DNA from: Arenicellales bacterium
GTDB lineage: Bacteria; Pseudomonadota; Gammaproteobacteria; BMS3Bbin11
Direction: 5' to 3'
Assembly (NCBI GenBank): GCA_029287855.1
Contig: JARFQI010000071.1
Coordinates: 1-40,223 of the forward strand
DNA length: 40,223 nucleotides
Shown here: piece by piece, positions 30,570 to 39,182 of the stretch
Numbering within the stretch: position 1 is the stretch's first letter
How the letters are laid out: each line of letters starts with the position of its first letter
The notes under the pieces: model-generated
What the model was told of the DNA's origin: nothing
The model's database searches: none
The model's input: the letters and a program-made list of their open reading frames with translations, nothing else
Made by a program: the position numbers and the translations under genes

Positions 30570-31106
30570 ATGGCAACGGACAGAAAGCACTACTAAAGCT
30601 GGTTCCGACTAGAATGCCATGTGATTCAAGCCTCGAGGAAATCATCAGGGCAATGCAGATTTTTCATGTTTAAACTGGTGAAATCTTGTTTATTCAGAGC
30701 GGTAATGAATCAGAAGCGGTTTATCTACTCCAAGGTGCAGTAGAATAACTTCCGGCAACCAGACTGGACCACGAGTTATCACATCAAATAACAATATGGC
30801 CCGCTATGCAATAGCTCAGTTAAAACCACCCATTCTACTACCAACAACACCCTCTACCACTACACGGAGTGACTATAATATCCTTGATCATATTGCCTTG
30901 ATGGACGATGGCAGTGTTATCAAAGTCATCGAGATGAATGCCGATGAAGATGCGGAGTAGGTGTTTAATCTCCTTTCTTCGCCCACTTTTGCCAAATTAC
31001 CACCAGCGAATGCTAATCAAACGTTAGCGCGTATGGTGAAATAGATGTTAAGGCGAACATGCTCATCATCACAATTCCGCTCCAGCTCATCTCTTTGACT
31101 CACTAG
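30570..31106 (+). pseudogene. Decayed tandem cyclic-nucleotide-binding-domain gene
   Basis: Manual translation across stops and frameshifts: LLKLVP...HV*TGEILFIQSGNESEAVYLLQGAVE* / MARYAIAQLKP / DEDAE*VFNLLSSPTFAKLPPAN..TLARM / EIDVKA; stops at 30671, 30746 and 30958. Confidence 0.7.
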
Positions 31107-31184
31107 GCGCATTTATATCAACGCTGCAGAATTACAGTTATCAACACCAGCAAATAGCTGTAGAAAGCATTTATAGTTCTTATT

Positions 31185-31307
31185 TGCTATCATAGGCGGA
31201 TGAACTCCCGCCAAATTACAAAGTATAGATAGTGTAGAGTTCATGGCCGTGGTGACTGACGAAGGCACCACATCTCCTAAAAATCCGAAATAACAGGAGG
31301 TCTTTTG
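31185..31307 (+). promoter_or_regulatory. Extended -10 promoter and structured 5' leader of the sulfur globule protein gene
   Basis: TG-C-TATCAT (31185-31193); stems ATGAACTC/GAGTTCAT, GTGGTG/CACCAC, and ATCTCCT pairing with the SD AGGAGGT. Confidence 0.5.
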
Positions 31308-31775
31308 ATGAAAAGACTTACACATTTGTTTGCAGCAGCAGTGATTGTCAGTGGTCTTACCCTGGTGCCTGTCGCTGATTCAGAAGCATGGTTCAATATG
31401 AATGGGCCATGGAATAACGGCTCTGGCTGGGGCGGCGGCCCGTGGAATAGTGGCTATGGTGGTGGCCCCTGGGGCGGCGGCCCGTGGAATAGTGGCTATG
31501 GTGGTGGCCCCTGGGGCGGCGGCGCACCATGGAATAGCGGCTGGGGCGGTGGACCTAACTGGGGTGGTGGTGGAATGCCGTGGAACAGCGGTTATGGTGG
31601 AAATCGCTACTACGGCGGTGCCCCTTACTACGGTGGCGGTGCTCCTTACTACGGTGGCGACTACGGTGGCGGCGCACCTTATTACGGCGGATACCCGAAC
31701 TACGGTGGAGATGTACCCGCTCCTGCTCCTGCACCTGAAGATCCTAAATACCCGGCTGTGACGCCTGTAGAGTAA
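31308..31775 (+). CDS. Sulfur globule protein-like secreted Gly/Trp/Tyr/Pro-rich repeat protein (SgpA/B-like)
   Basis: SD AGGAGG 7 nt before ATG; Sec signal ending SEA-W; GGGPWNSG repeats, then GGAPYYGG repeats, then PAPAP tail, as in Chromatiaceae-type Sgps. Confidence 0.72.
   Translation: MKRLTHLFAAAVIVSGLTLVPVADSEAWFNMNGPWNNGSGWGGGPWNSGYGGGPWGGGPWNSGYGGGPWGGGAPWNSGWGGGPNWGGGGMPWNSGYGGNRYYGGAPYYGGGAPYYGGDYGGGAPYYGGYPNYGGDVPAPAPAPEDPKYPAVTPVE
31427..31523 (+). repeat. Exact 42-bp coding tandem repeat (WGGGPWNSGYGGGP) x2.3
   Basis: Identical copies at 31427-31468 and 31469-31510, partial copy 31511-31523. Confidence 0.9.
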
Positions 31776-31804
31776 TTCCGCCTAAACAGGAACAAAGTAG
31801 CAAC

Positions 31805-31834
31805 AAAAAGGGTCGCAAAATGCGGCCCTTTTTT
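31805..31834. terminator. Bidirectional intrinsic terminator between sgp and tolC
   Basis: AAAAAGGGTCGC-AAAAT-GCGGCCCTTTTTT. Confidence 0.85.
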
Positions 31835-31892
31835 CTGCTTTAGTGATCGCCTTGAAACATTCCGGTCAGCCCTTGAAATCTGAAGGCTTTAT

Positions 31893-33233
31893 TCATTCCA
31901 ACCAGCTATTAACGACCTCCAGGTCATTTACACTGAGGTTTCCTGCAACAAGTTTAAGCTGCAGGGTGCTGAGCATGAACTGATACTTTGCTTGTATGTA
32001 ATCTCTCTCCGAACCGTATAGATCACGCACAGCATCCAGCACTTCAACATTTGTATTGACGCCTGCCTGAAAGCCTTCACGCTTCGCTTCAACCGTACTG
32101 TTGCCTGCCTTTACCGCACTCTTCAGGGCCTGCAGACGACTGATGCCGCTTTTTAATGCCTGGTAGGCGGACCGTGATTGTCTGTCAACATTACGTCTTA
32201 TGCCCTCCTGATCTTGCAGCGCCGCCTGGTATAGTGCCCTGGCCTCTTTTGTCCCGGCGACGACACCCCAGCCCTGGATCAGAGGTATGCCAAGCTGCAA
32301 TCCGACGTCTGTATTTTCAGAAACCCGGCCTGAACCGCTCAGACTTCCATCAGCATCAATATTTGAGTGCCTAGCGACCAGGTCCAGCGTCGGCAGATGA
32401 CCTGCCTTTATACGGGCAACCTCTCTATCCGCAATTTCAACAGTTCGCTGCGCTGCCAGATAGTCCAGATTATTATTTAGCGAAGTCTCCACCCAGTAAT
32501 CAAGGTTGTCCGGCGACGGCGGGTCAAGGGGCGGTTTATCTTTCGCAATCACCTTTAACTCGCCGGGTTCTTGTCCGGTAAGTTCTTTTAAAGCAACCAG
32601 TGCATCGCGTAGAGAGAAATCAGCTTCAATGACGTTAGTCACTGCCAGACTATATCTAGATTCAGTGGCATAAAGGTTTGTTACCGTACCCAGCCCCACA
32701 TTCAGACGCTCTTTATCCAGTTCCAGTTGCTCAGCCAGGGCGTTTTTCTCAGCCTCAGAAACCCTGAGATTCTCCTGTGCGACCAGTGCCAGACCATAGA
32801 CACTAGCAACGCGATAAATTAATTCCTGCGTAGCCGCACTGAGGTCAAAAGCCGCCTTCTCGACATTAATTTTTGCCTGTTGATAGACTTGCCATGCGGG
32901 GGCGTCAAATAATGCCTGGCTAAATTCAACTGACCAGCTTTCAATATTGAAATCCGCTTCGCCATCCAGGCCAGGAATATCATCATTGCTGCTATTTTTC
33001 TGGTTTCGTCTATTGGTTCCTGCATCCGCACCAAGAAATGGCAGAAGCCCCGCTCTACCGACACCAAGGCGGGCATTTTCAGCATCATAAATATTAATTG
33101 CAGCTCTGTATTTCGGGTCCTGTTCGGCCGCCAGCTGATAGGTCGACATAATGTCATCAGACCAGGCATTTAGAGAGGCGAGCATAAGCGCCGGCAACAT
33201 CATCCTGCAGCCTATAATCCTTCTTTTTTTCAT
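31893..33233 (-). CDS. tolC: TolC-family outer membrane efflux channel
   Basis: Signal peptide, YQLAAEQDP, two OEP repeats, AGHLPTLDL, EVLDA..LY...RDY..AKY; start may be ~33200. Confidence 0.88.
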   Translation of the reverse strand: MKKRRIIGCRMMLPALMLASLNAWSDDIMSTYQLAAEQDPKYRAAINIYDAENARLGVGRAGLLPFLGADAGTNRRNQKNSSNDDIPGLDGEADFNIESWSVEFSQALFDAPAWQVYQQAKINVEKAAFDLSAATQELIYRVASVYGLALVAQENLRVSEAEKNALAEQLELDKERLNVGLGTVTNLYATESRYSLAVTNVIEADFSLRDALVALKELTGQEPGELKVIAKDKPPLDPPSPDNLDYWVETSLNNNLDYLAAQRTVEIADREVARIKAGHLPTLDLVARHSNIDADGSLSGSGRVSENTDVGLQLGIPLIQGWGVVAGTKEARALYQAALQDQEGIRRNVDRQSRSAYQALKSGISRLQALKSAVKAGNSTVEAKREGFQAGVNTNVEVLDAVRDLYGSERDYIQAKYQFMLSTLQLKLVAGNLSVNDLEVVNSWLE

Positions 33234-33405
33234 AGTGTTACAACCTGATCAAATTGAGTTTTTCTTAATCTGAAATCAATATATTTCTAGTTCGGGTGAT
33301 TTTAAAAGCCCGCCCCGGGAATCGCGTACCTGGTAGCGGCTAATCAACACGGTGTAATAGTAAACATTATTTCCATCGAAATGATAGCATCTGATTGCGT
33401 GGATA

Positions 33406-34224
33406 TCATAAAGGATAAACCGGGTGAGGCTTCTGCTCATCATAAAAGGGCATTACACCTGGGATCAAAGAATCCAGCCGTTCAATTCTCTTGCCTGAAG
33501 ACGGATGTGTACTGAGAAAATCAAACGACGAGCCTCCGGATTCCTTATTCATTTTTTGCCAGAGAGTTACTGCTGCATGAGGGTTATAACCCGCCTTTGC
33601 TGCCAGCTCCAGGCCAATCTGGTCTGCTTCAGATTCTGCTGTTCGGCTATTTGGTAAAGTGATTGCGACTAATGCAGCAGCTGATGCGCCGGTTGCAATA
33701 TTTTGGTTATCTGTTGCCACCGCGACTGCAAGAACGCCCAGTGAAGATGCCATGGCAACAGACATCTTCTCAGCAGTATGCTTCGCCAGGGCATGTGCTA
33801 TTTCATGAGCGAGCACCTGTGCCAGTTCATCATCCGTCGGTTTTATTTTTTCTACCAGACCTGTGTATAAAGCCATCCGGCCACCAGCCATTGACCAGGC
33901 ATTGACTGTTTTCGGGTCATCGATAACTTTCATGCTCCATTTCCAGTTCCTGGTATCCGGCCGCATAATGAGGGCTTCGTAGATCAGGCGGCCAGTGATT
34001 TCGTTTACCCGACCAATTAATGCCTGATCCTTTGATAACTGGCCCTTTTGAGCATACTCATTCATTGTCTGCGCATAGGCTTGTGCAGACTGGGCAATTG
34101 CTGACTCCTCTGAGATTATCAACAGCTGGCTGCGGCCGGTCGGGGAAGTAGTACAACCAGCCTGCATAAAAGCCAACAATAAAGGCACGAATAATATTAA
34201 AACTCTATTACGGTTTTGCATCAT
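33406..34224 (-). CDS. M48-family zinc metallopeptidase lipoprotein
   Basis: Lipobox QAGC, TSPTGRSQL, VNAW.M.GG, HEIAH, ESEADQIG, FLSTHP. Confidence 0.9.
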   Translation of the reverse strand: MMQNRNRVLILFVPLLLAFMQAGCTTSPTGRSQLLIISEESAIAQSAQAYAQTMNEYAQKGQLSKDQALIGRVNEITGRLIYEALIMRPDTRNWKWSMKVIDDPKTVNAWSMAGGRMALYTGLVEKIKPTDDELAQVLAHEIAHALAKHTAEKMSVAMASSLGVLAVAVATDNQNIATGASAAALVAITLPNSRTAESEADQIGLELAAKAGYNPHAAVTLWQKMNKESGGSSFDFLSTHPSSGKRIERLDSLIPGVMPFYDEQKPHPVYPL

Positions 34225-35126
34225 TATTTATCCTGAGTTTTTTCAACCCTGACTGAAATAGTCATTGAGGCACTTTCCTGCTGCCTTGATAACACAGCAA
34301 TACCCCGATTTGTGTTAGCCCCGGATTGATCTATATTGCCAATCACCATCCATTCTCCAAGCTTCCCGCTAACTGAAGTATTAATATTTGATACCGCAAC
34401 AGTCGGTTGAGGGTGATAACCGCTAATTTTCAAATTATTATGCTGGCGACTGACTGTGTTCATCTCCAGAAAAACCTCATCACCATTCAGTCGTGGTATA
34501 GCATAAAAGCCAGTAACCGCTGGGTAAAACTCCGTATTGCCATAACGATATAGACCTCCTGGTCCTGCGATAGCGCCACGATTCCTGACAGGTATTATCT
34601 CGCCAGTTGATATATATGCCTCACGCCCCTCGAGCACCAGCACCTGCTGTGTTATATTTTCTTCAGCTGCACGCGCATGTGATTTCATATTAATCGACAG
34701 GTACTGCTTGTCCAGATGCTGATCATCATCTCTACTGCCCACGGCGGCATCACCATTATTGATGGCAATATTACCGGTGCGTCCCTGAACTGACACTGAA
34801 CCCTGTTGCCCGGTGCGGCTTTGTCCTCGCCGAACACTGATCAGAAGACGGACAGGAGACCTGTCCAGTTTGCCAAGTACGCTACGTATATCTGCCAGTT
34901 GGCGTGGCGTTGCAGTGACTACAAGCTGCCCCTGCATACCGGTAACTGAACCCGATGGTTTAACCAGTGGTCTGACTAGTGGAATGACCTCGTTGATTGA
35001 CCGATAACCGAGAGGTATAACTTCTGTTACCAGTTGCTGTGCACTGGTGACAGGCAATGTGGCAAGGTTGAAGAAAAGCAGCAGGGAAAACCACCTTAAA
35101 TGCGAAGACACCTCAAGCCCCCTCAC
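34224..35126 (-). CDS. Short secretin-like protein (single NolW/N domain plus reduced C domain)
   Basis: Signal peptide, EVIPLGYRS..EVIPLVRP, LDRSPVRLLISV, QVLVLEGREAYISTG, TSVSGKLGEW; GTG start overlaps the lysA stop. Confidence 0.72.
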   Translation of the reverse strand: MRGLEVSSHLRWFSLLLFFNLATLPVTSAQQLVTEVIPLGYRSINEVIPLVRPLVKPSGSVTGMQGQLVVTATPRQLADIRSVLGKLDRSPVRLLISVRRGQSRTGQQGSVSVQGRTGNIAINNGDAAVGSRDDDQHLDKQYLSINMKSHARAAEENITQQVLVLEGREAYISTGEIIPVRNRGAIAGPGGLYRYGNTEFYPAVTGFYAIPRLNGDEVFLEMNTVSRQHNNLKISGYHPQPTVAVSNINTSVSGKLGEWMVIGNIDQSGANTNRGIAVLSRQQESASMTISVRVEKTQDK

Positions 35127-36388
35127 TCATCGGGTAATAGTGATTCCATAGCCATCAGGTCATCCATATTTTCACGCCGACGAACGATATGGAAAACTTC
35201 CCCATCCACCATCACCTCTGGTGGACGGGGACGGGTATTGTAGTTTGAACTCATACTAAAACCATAGGCACCAGATGATCTGATCGCCAACAGGTCACCT
35301 TCCTGCAGTGTTAATTCTCGCTGCCTGGCCAAAGTATCGCCTGTTTCACATACCGGGCCAACGATGTCCCATACTTTTGAATCACCACTTTTACGCGGTA
35401 CCACAGCGACAACCTCCTGCCAGGCATCATAAAGCGCTGGACGCATCAGGTCATTCATTGCGGCATCGACAATAGCGAAATGGTGGCCCGGTGTTTTTTT
35501 CAGATACTCAACGCGTGTCAATAGCACACCGGCATTGCCCGCTATGGCACGCCCTGGCTCGAGAATTAGAGTCAACTCAGACATCTTTCTTTGTTGCAGT
35601 CGCTGACGTAGCGCAAAGACATATTCATCTGGCATCGGTGGTGTTTCATCGTGATAGGCAATTCCAAGTCCGCCGCCAATATCGATATGCTTCAGTTTTA
35701 CTCGTGCTGCTTCCAGCTTCTTTACGAGGTCAAGAACTCTATCCAGTGCTTCCAGTAGCGGGGACATATCAGTTAACTGTGAACCGATATGGCAATCAAT
35801 ACCGACAAGATCAAGCATAGGGTATTCTTTCTGAGCCATTGCGTAGAGCTCATAGGCCTCTTCGACAGGAATACCAAACTTGTTTTCTTTCAGCCCGGTT
35901 GAGATGTAGGGATGTGTTTTCGGATCGACATCAGGATTTACACGCAATGAAACGGGTGCACGTATCCCCATCTGCTCGGATATACTGGCAATTCGCTCCA
36001 GTTCCTCTGCTGATTCTACATTAAAGCACTTGATACCAGCCTGCAGTCCAGTCCGAATTTCTGCTGTCGTTTTTCCTACACCAGAAAAAACCACTCGCTC
36101 CGGGTCGCCGCCAGCGCGGATGACCCGCTCCAGCTCGCCTCCAGAAACAATATCAAAACCAGCGCCCAGCCTTGCCAGCACATTTAGCACGGCAAGGTTT
36201 GAATTGGCTTTTACCGCATAACAGACCAGGTGCGGAGTGCCATCTAGTGCATTTTCAAAGGCCTGATAATGCCGACTCAGGGTTGCCCTCGAATAGACAT
36301 AGGCTGGAGTACCGACATTTTCTGCTATTTCTGCAAGGGGTATGGACTCAGCATGTAATTGCCCGTGCAGATAAGAAAAATGATCCAT
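35123..36388 (-). CDS. lysA: Diaminopimelate decarboxylase
   Basis: YAVKAN (PLP Lys), HIGSQ, EPGR, GPVCETGD, GAYG.SMSSNYN. Confidence 0.97.
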   Translation of the reverse strand: MDHFSYLHGQLHAESIPLAEIAENVGTPAYVYSRATLSRHYQAFENALDGTPHLVCYAVKANSNLAVLNVLARLGAGFDIVSGGELERVIRAGGDPERVVFSGVGKTTAEIRTGLQAGIKCFNVESAEELERIASISEQMGIRAPVSLRVNPDVDPKTHPYISTGLKENKFGIPVEEAYELYAMAQKEYPMLDLVGIDCHIGSQLTDMSPLLEALDRVLDLVKKLEAARVKLKHIDIGGGLGIAYHDETPPMPDEYVFALRQRLQQRKMSELTLILEPGRAIAGNAGVLLTRVEYLKKTPGHHFAIVDAAMNDLMRPALYDAWQEVVAVVPRKSGDSKVWDIVGPVCETGDTLARQRELTLQEGDLLAIRSSGAYGFSMSSNYNTRPRPPEVMVDGEVFHIVRRRENMDDLMAMESLLPDE

Positions 36389-36396
36389 GTATTTTG

Positions 36397-36588
36397 CTAA
36401 TCCTTAGCCTCTGGCTTAACTTCTTTTTCTGTGTTTTCTTGTGTTTTGTCAGCGTCTGCTTCTTCTGCAGGCTCAGCAACTACAGCGGGCGCTGGTTCTT
36501 TTTCCAGATACAGAGGGCCTTTTTGCCCACATGCTGATAACAAAAACAGCCCAGCTAGCAAGAATAACCCTGCAAATCGTATTTTCAT
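36397..36588 (-). CDS. lptM: LPS translocon maturation lipoprotein LptM (YifL/LppL)
   Basis: LSACGQKGPLYL signature directly upstream of lysA; ATG 36588 with RBS GGAG. Confidence 0.85.
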   Translation of the reverse strand: MKIRFAGLFLLAGLFLLSACGQKGPLYLEKEPAPAVVAEPAEEADADKTQENTEKEVKPEAKD

Positions 36589-36701
36589 CAGAAACTCCAG
36601 AATAGTAGAATTCGTGTTTAACAACCCGCACTGCTTTGCACGGGGGTGGATTTTGGCGCTAAGTATAACCCGTGAAAGAAAGTTTCAACACTGGAAAAAA
36701 G

Positions 36702-37028
36702 ATGACAAAAGATAACAATAACGAGGCTTTCAGAAGAACCCTTGAACAACTGGAAGAGTTGCTTGACGAGAGTGACGCCGATATTGACTATGACACCGTC
36801 AGTGACATTCTCACTATCGAGTTTGAAAACGGCAGCAAGATCATCATCAACTATCAAAGTGCCAATGGTCAATTATGGCTGGCTGCGCGCAGCGGCGGTT
36901 TTCATTATGACTATGATGGAGAAAGTGATTGCTGGAAAAATGATCGCAGCGGTGCGGATCTGTTTGATGAACTTTCCAGTCTGGCGACAGAACAGGCAGA
37001 TGAAGAGATAGCCTTAAACCGGAGTTAA
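36702..37028 (+). CDS. cyaY: Iron donor protein CyaY (frataxin)
   Basis: ILTIEFENGSKIIIN.Q....QLWLAARSGGFHY; divergent from lptM. Start ATG 36702 or GTG 36672. Confidence 0.93.
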   Translation: MTKDNNNEAFRRTLEQLEELLDESDADIDYDTVSDILTIEFENGSKIIINYQSANGQLWLAARSGGFHYDYDGESDCWKNDRSGADLFDELSSLATEQADEEIALNRS

Positions 37029-37219
37029 GTTTTCAGTTTTCAGTAGGATTATCATTGAATTGAATACCTGATTATTTGTCACTTTGTTTACTATTCTGAT
37101 ACCTGCATGCTTGCAGGCTTACCAGTCGTTAACAGCTCAGAATCATTAAAGACATGAACTACAGGTGAATTGTCTGAATTCGCCCGGCACAATAGTCACT
37201 GCTAACGAGTTTAACAATA

Positions 37220-38611
37220 TCAATTGCTCGCCATTTGCTTGCGCACTTTTCTGATAGCTGCCAGCACCTGGTCTGGTGCAGTTCCACCCAGGTGGTCACG
37301 CGCACGAACTGAGCCTTCGAGAGTCAACACATTGTATACGTCACCATCTATTTCACCGCTGAACTGCTGCAGACTCTGAAGCGGCATATCGGACAGATCA
37401 CATCCCGCCTGTTCTGCTGCCTGGACTGCTTTGCCTACAATTTCATGCGCGTCACGAAACGGAATGTCTTTCCGTACCAGGTAATCTGCAAGATCAGTAG
37501 CAGTTGAGAAACCACTGCTGGCAGCGCGATACATGGCGCCCGAATTTACTGTCAGTTGAGGAATCATGCCAGCAAAAACACGAACTGCGGCGGTCGCTGT
37601 ATCCAGGCTATCGAACAGTGGCTCCTTGTCTTCCTGATTATCGCGATTATAGGCCAATGGCTGGCCTTTCATAATCATAAAGAGCGCCATTAAATTGCCA
37701 ATCACGCGTCCGCTTTTACCTCGTGTAAGCTCAGCTACGTCGGGATTTTTCTTTTGCGGCATAATAGACGAACCCGTGCAGTAGGTATCGCTGATATCAA
37801 TAAAAGAAAATTGTGCAGATGACCAGATGATGAGCTCTTCAGACATGCGGGAGAGGTGAATCATGATAATGGCAGCCGACGACATAAACTCCATAGCAAA
37901 ATCACGATCAGAAACAGCATCAAGTGAATTTGCTGCAGGCGCGTCGAAACCAAGCAACTCAGCAGTGTAGTTACGATCAACAGGAAATGTTGTTCCTGCC
38001 AACGCGGCCGCACCAAGCGGCATTATGTTCATTCGATCACGGCAATCCGACAGGCGACCCAGATCACGCCTGAGCATTTCTACCCATGCCATCATGTGAT
38101 GGCCAAATGTAACTGGCTGGGCCACCTGAAGATGTGTAAAGCCGGGCATGATGGTATCGTATTCTGCCTCAGCAAGATCGAGTAGAGACAGTATCAGAGT
38201 CTTTAGCTCTGCACTCAGCCTGTCCACCCCCTGTCGCAGATAAAGGCGTATATCAGTAGCCACCTGGTCGTTACGAGAACGCCCGGTATGCAACTTCTTT
38301 CCGACATCACCAATGCTTTCTGTCAGGCGCGCCTCAATATTCATATGTACGTCTTCAAGAGTGCGGGACCAGCTAAAATCTCCTCGTAGAATATCGTCAT
38401 GTATCTGATCGAGGCCAGTGATAATGGCGTCACTCTCGGATGCAGTCAGCACACCGACCCTGGCCAGCATTCTGGCATGTGCCTTGGATCCCTGTATATC
38501 GACATCATACAAACGCTGGTCAAAAGATACTGATTCTGTATATTCCTCAACCAGCTGATCTGTTGCCGCTGTAAAGCGACCCTTCCAGGGTTTTTCTTGT
38601 TTACCTGTCAT
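37220..38611 (-). CDS. argH: Argininosuccinate lyase
   Basis: [32 protein letters not shown]. Confidence 0.97.
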   Translation of the reverse strand: MTGKQEKPWKGRFTAATDQLVEEYTESVSFDQRLYDVDIQGSKAHARMLARVGVLTASESDAIITGLDQIHDDILRGDFSWSRTLEDVHMNIEARLTESIGDVGKKLHTGRSRNDQVATDIRLYLRQGVDRLSAELKTLILSLLDLAEAEYDTIMPGFTHLQVAQPVTFGHHMMAWVEMLRRDLGRLSDCRDRMNIMPLGAAALAGTTFPVDRNYTAELLGFDAPAANSLDAVSDRDFAMEFMSSAAIIMIHLSRMSEELIIWSSAQFSFIDISDTYCTGSSIMPQKKNPDVAELTRGKSGRVIGNLMALFMIMKGQPLAYNRDNQEDKEPLFDSLDTATAAVRVFAGMIPQLTVNSGAMYRAASSGFSTATDLADYLVRKDIPFRDAHEIVGKAVQAAEQAGCDLSDMPLQSLQQFSGEIDGDVYNVLTLEGSVRARDHLGGTAPDQVLAAIRKVRKQMASN

Positions 38612-38677
38612 TTCTATCCGTTTCCTCTGAAGATCACCGGATTATAACGGCACAGAGAGCATCATTAAATCCATCAG

Positions 38678-38745
38678 ACCGTTCATCATGATATATCAAC
38701 CGCTAGTCTGGCATATCTGGCTGCCCCCATTTAACTGACTAGATT
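38678..38745 (+). promoter_or_regulatory. Putative LytTR/AlgR-dependent promoter of ncRNA copy 1
   Basis: Direct repeats ACCGTTCATC (38678) and ACCGCTAGTC (38699), period 21 bp; -10-like TAGATT at 38740. Confidence 0.45.
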
Positions 38746-38751
38746 TAAGGT

Positions 38752-38845
38752 GAGCATTAACCTTGATCTGGTCTGTTCCCCTCATCAAGCTATACCCCAA
38801 ATCTATAACAGACCAGACCCTACCCCCTTTACAAGGGGGTTTTTT
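38752..38845 (+). ncRNA. Candidate small RNA, copy 1
   Basis: 11-bp stem TCTGGTCTGTT/AACAGACCAGA enclosing a 29-nt loop CCCCTCATCAAGCTATACCCCAAATCTAT, then a terminator; paralogous to copy 2; 5' end inferred. Confidence 0.6.
38822..38845 (+). terminator. Intrinsic terminator with no upstream + strand gene
   Basis: ACCCCCTT-TAC-AAGGGGGT-TTTTT. Confidence 0.8.
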
Positions 38846-39108
38846 AATAATAAATAACCAGTGATTTGGATATACCACATGAATATACAGAACCCGGGGG
38901 CTAATCACACGTCAACGGTCAATTACAATAAAGAATAAATAGAAAGAAACTGGATTGTTCAGGTAAAAATACGTGTTGATGAACAGAATAAAGATTAATT
39001 ATTTCGATTGTTTACTTGCAAAACGGTGTAAACAATGACAAAAAAAGAGACAGCAATGACTGTTTTTCCAGTAATATACCAATATACGAAAGACAAACCT
39101 GTCATAAG

Positions 39109-39176
39109 ACCATTCGTCTGCCCGATTCACCCTGTGATCAGCAAGTTTTTTATACCAGTGCCTCCTGTGGTAATAT
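39109..39176 (+). promoter_or_regulatory. Putative LytTR/AlgR-dependent promoter of ncRNA copy 2
   Basis: ACCATTCGTC (39109), weaker CCCTGTGATC 21 bp later, extended -10 TG-G-TAATAT (39168-39176). Confidence 0.45.
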
Positions 39177-39182
39177 CGTCAC

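Noticed and set aside
31427-31523. CRISPR-like repeat
   Set aside because: Directly abutting in-frame coding repeats with no spacers and no cas genes.
33234-33390. Riboswitch in the tolC leader
   Set aside because: An extended -10 and a weak GC hairpin are present, but no TPP, fluoride or other aptamer consensus is recognisable.
38708-38724. Possible sigma54 promoter CTGGCATATCTGGCTGC before ncRNA copy 1
   Set aside because: The GG-to-GC spacing is off by one from the strict -24/-12 geometry.
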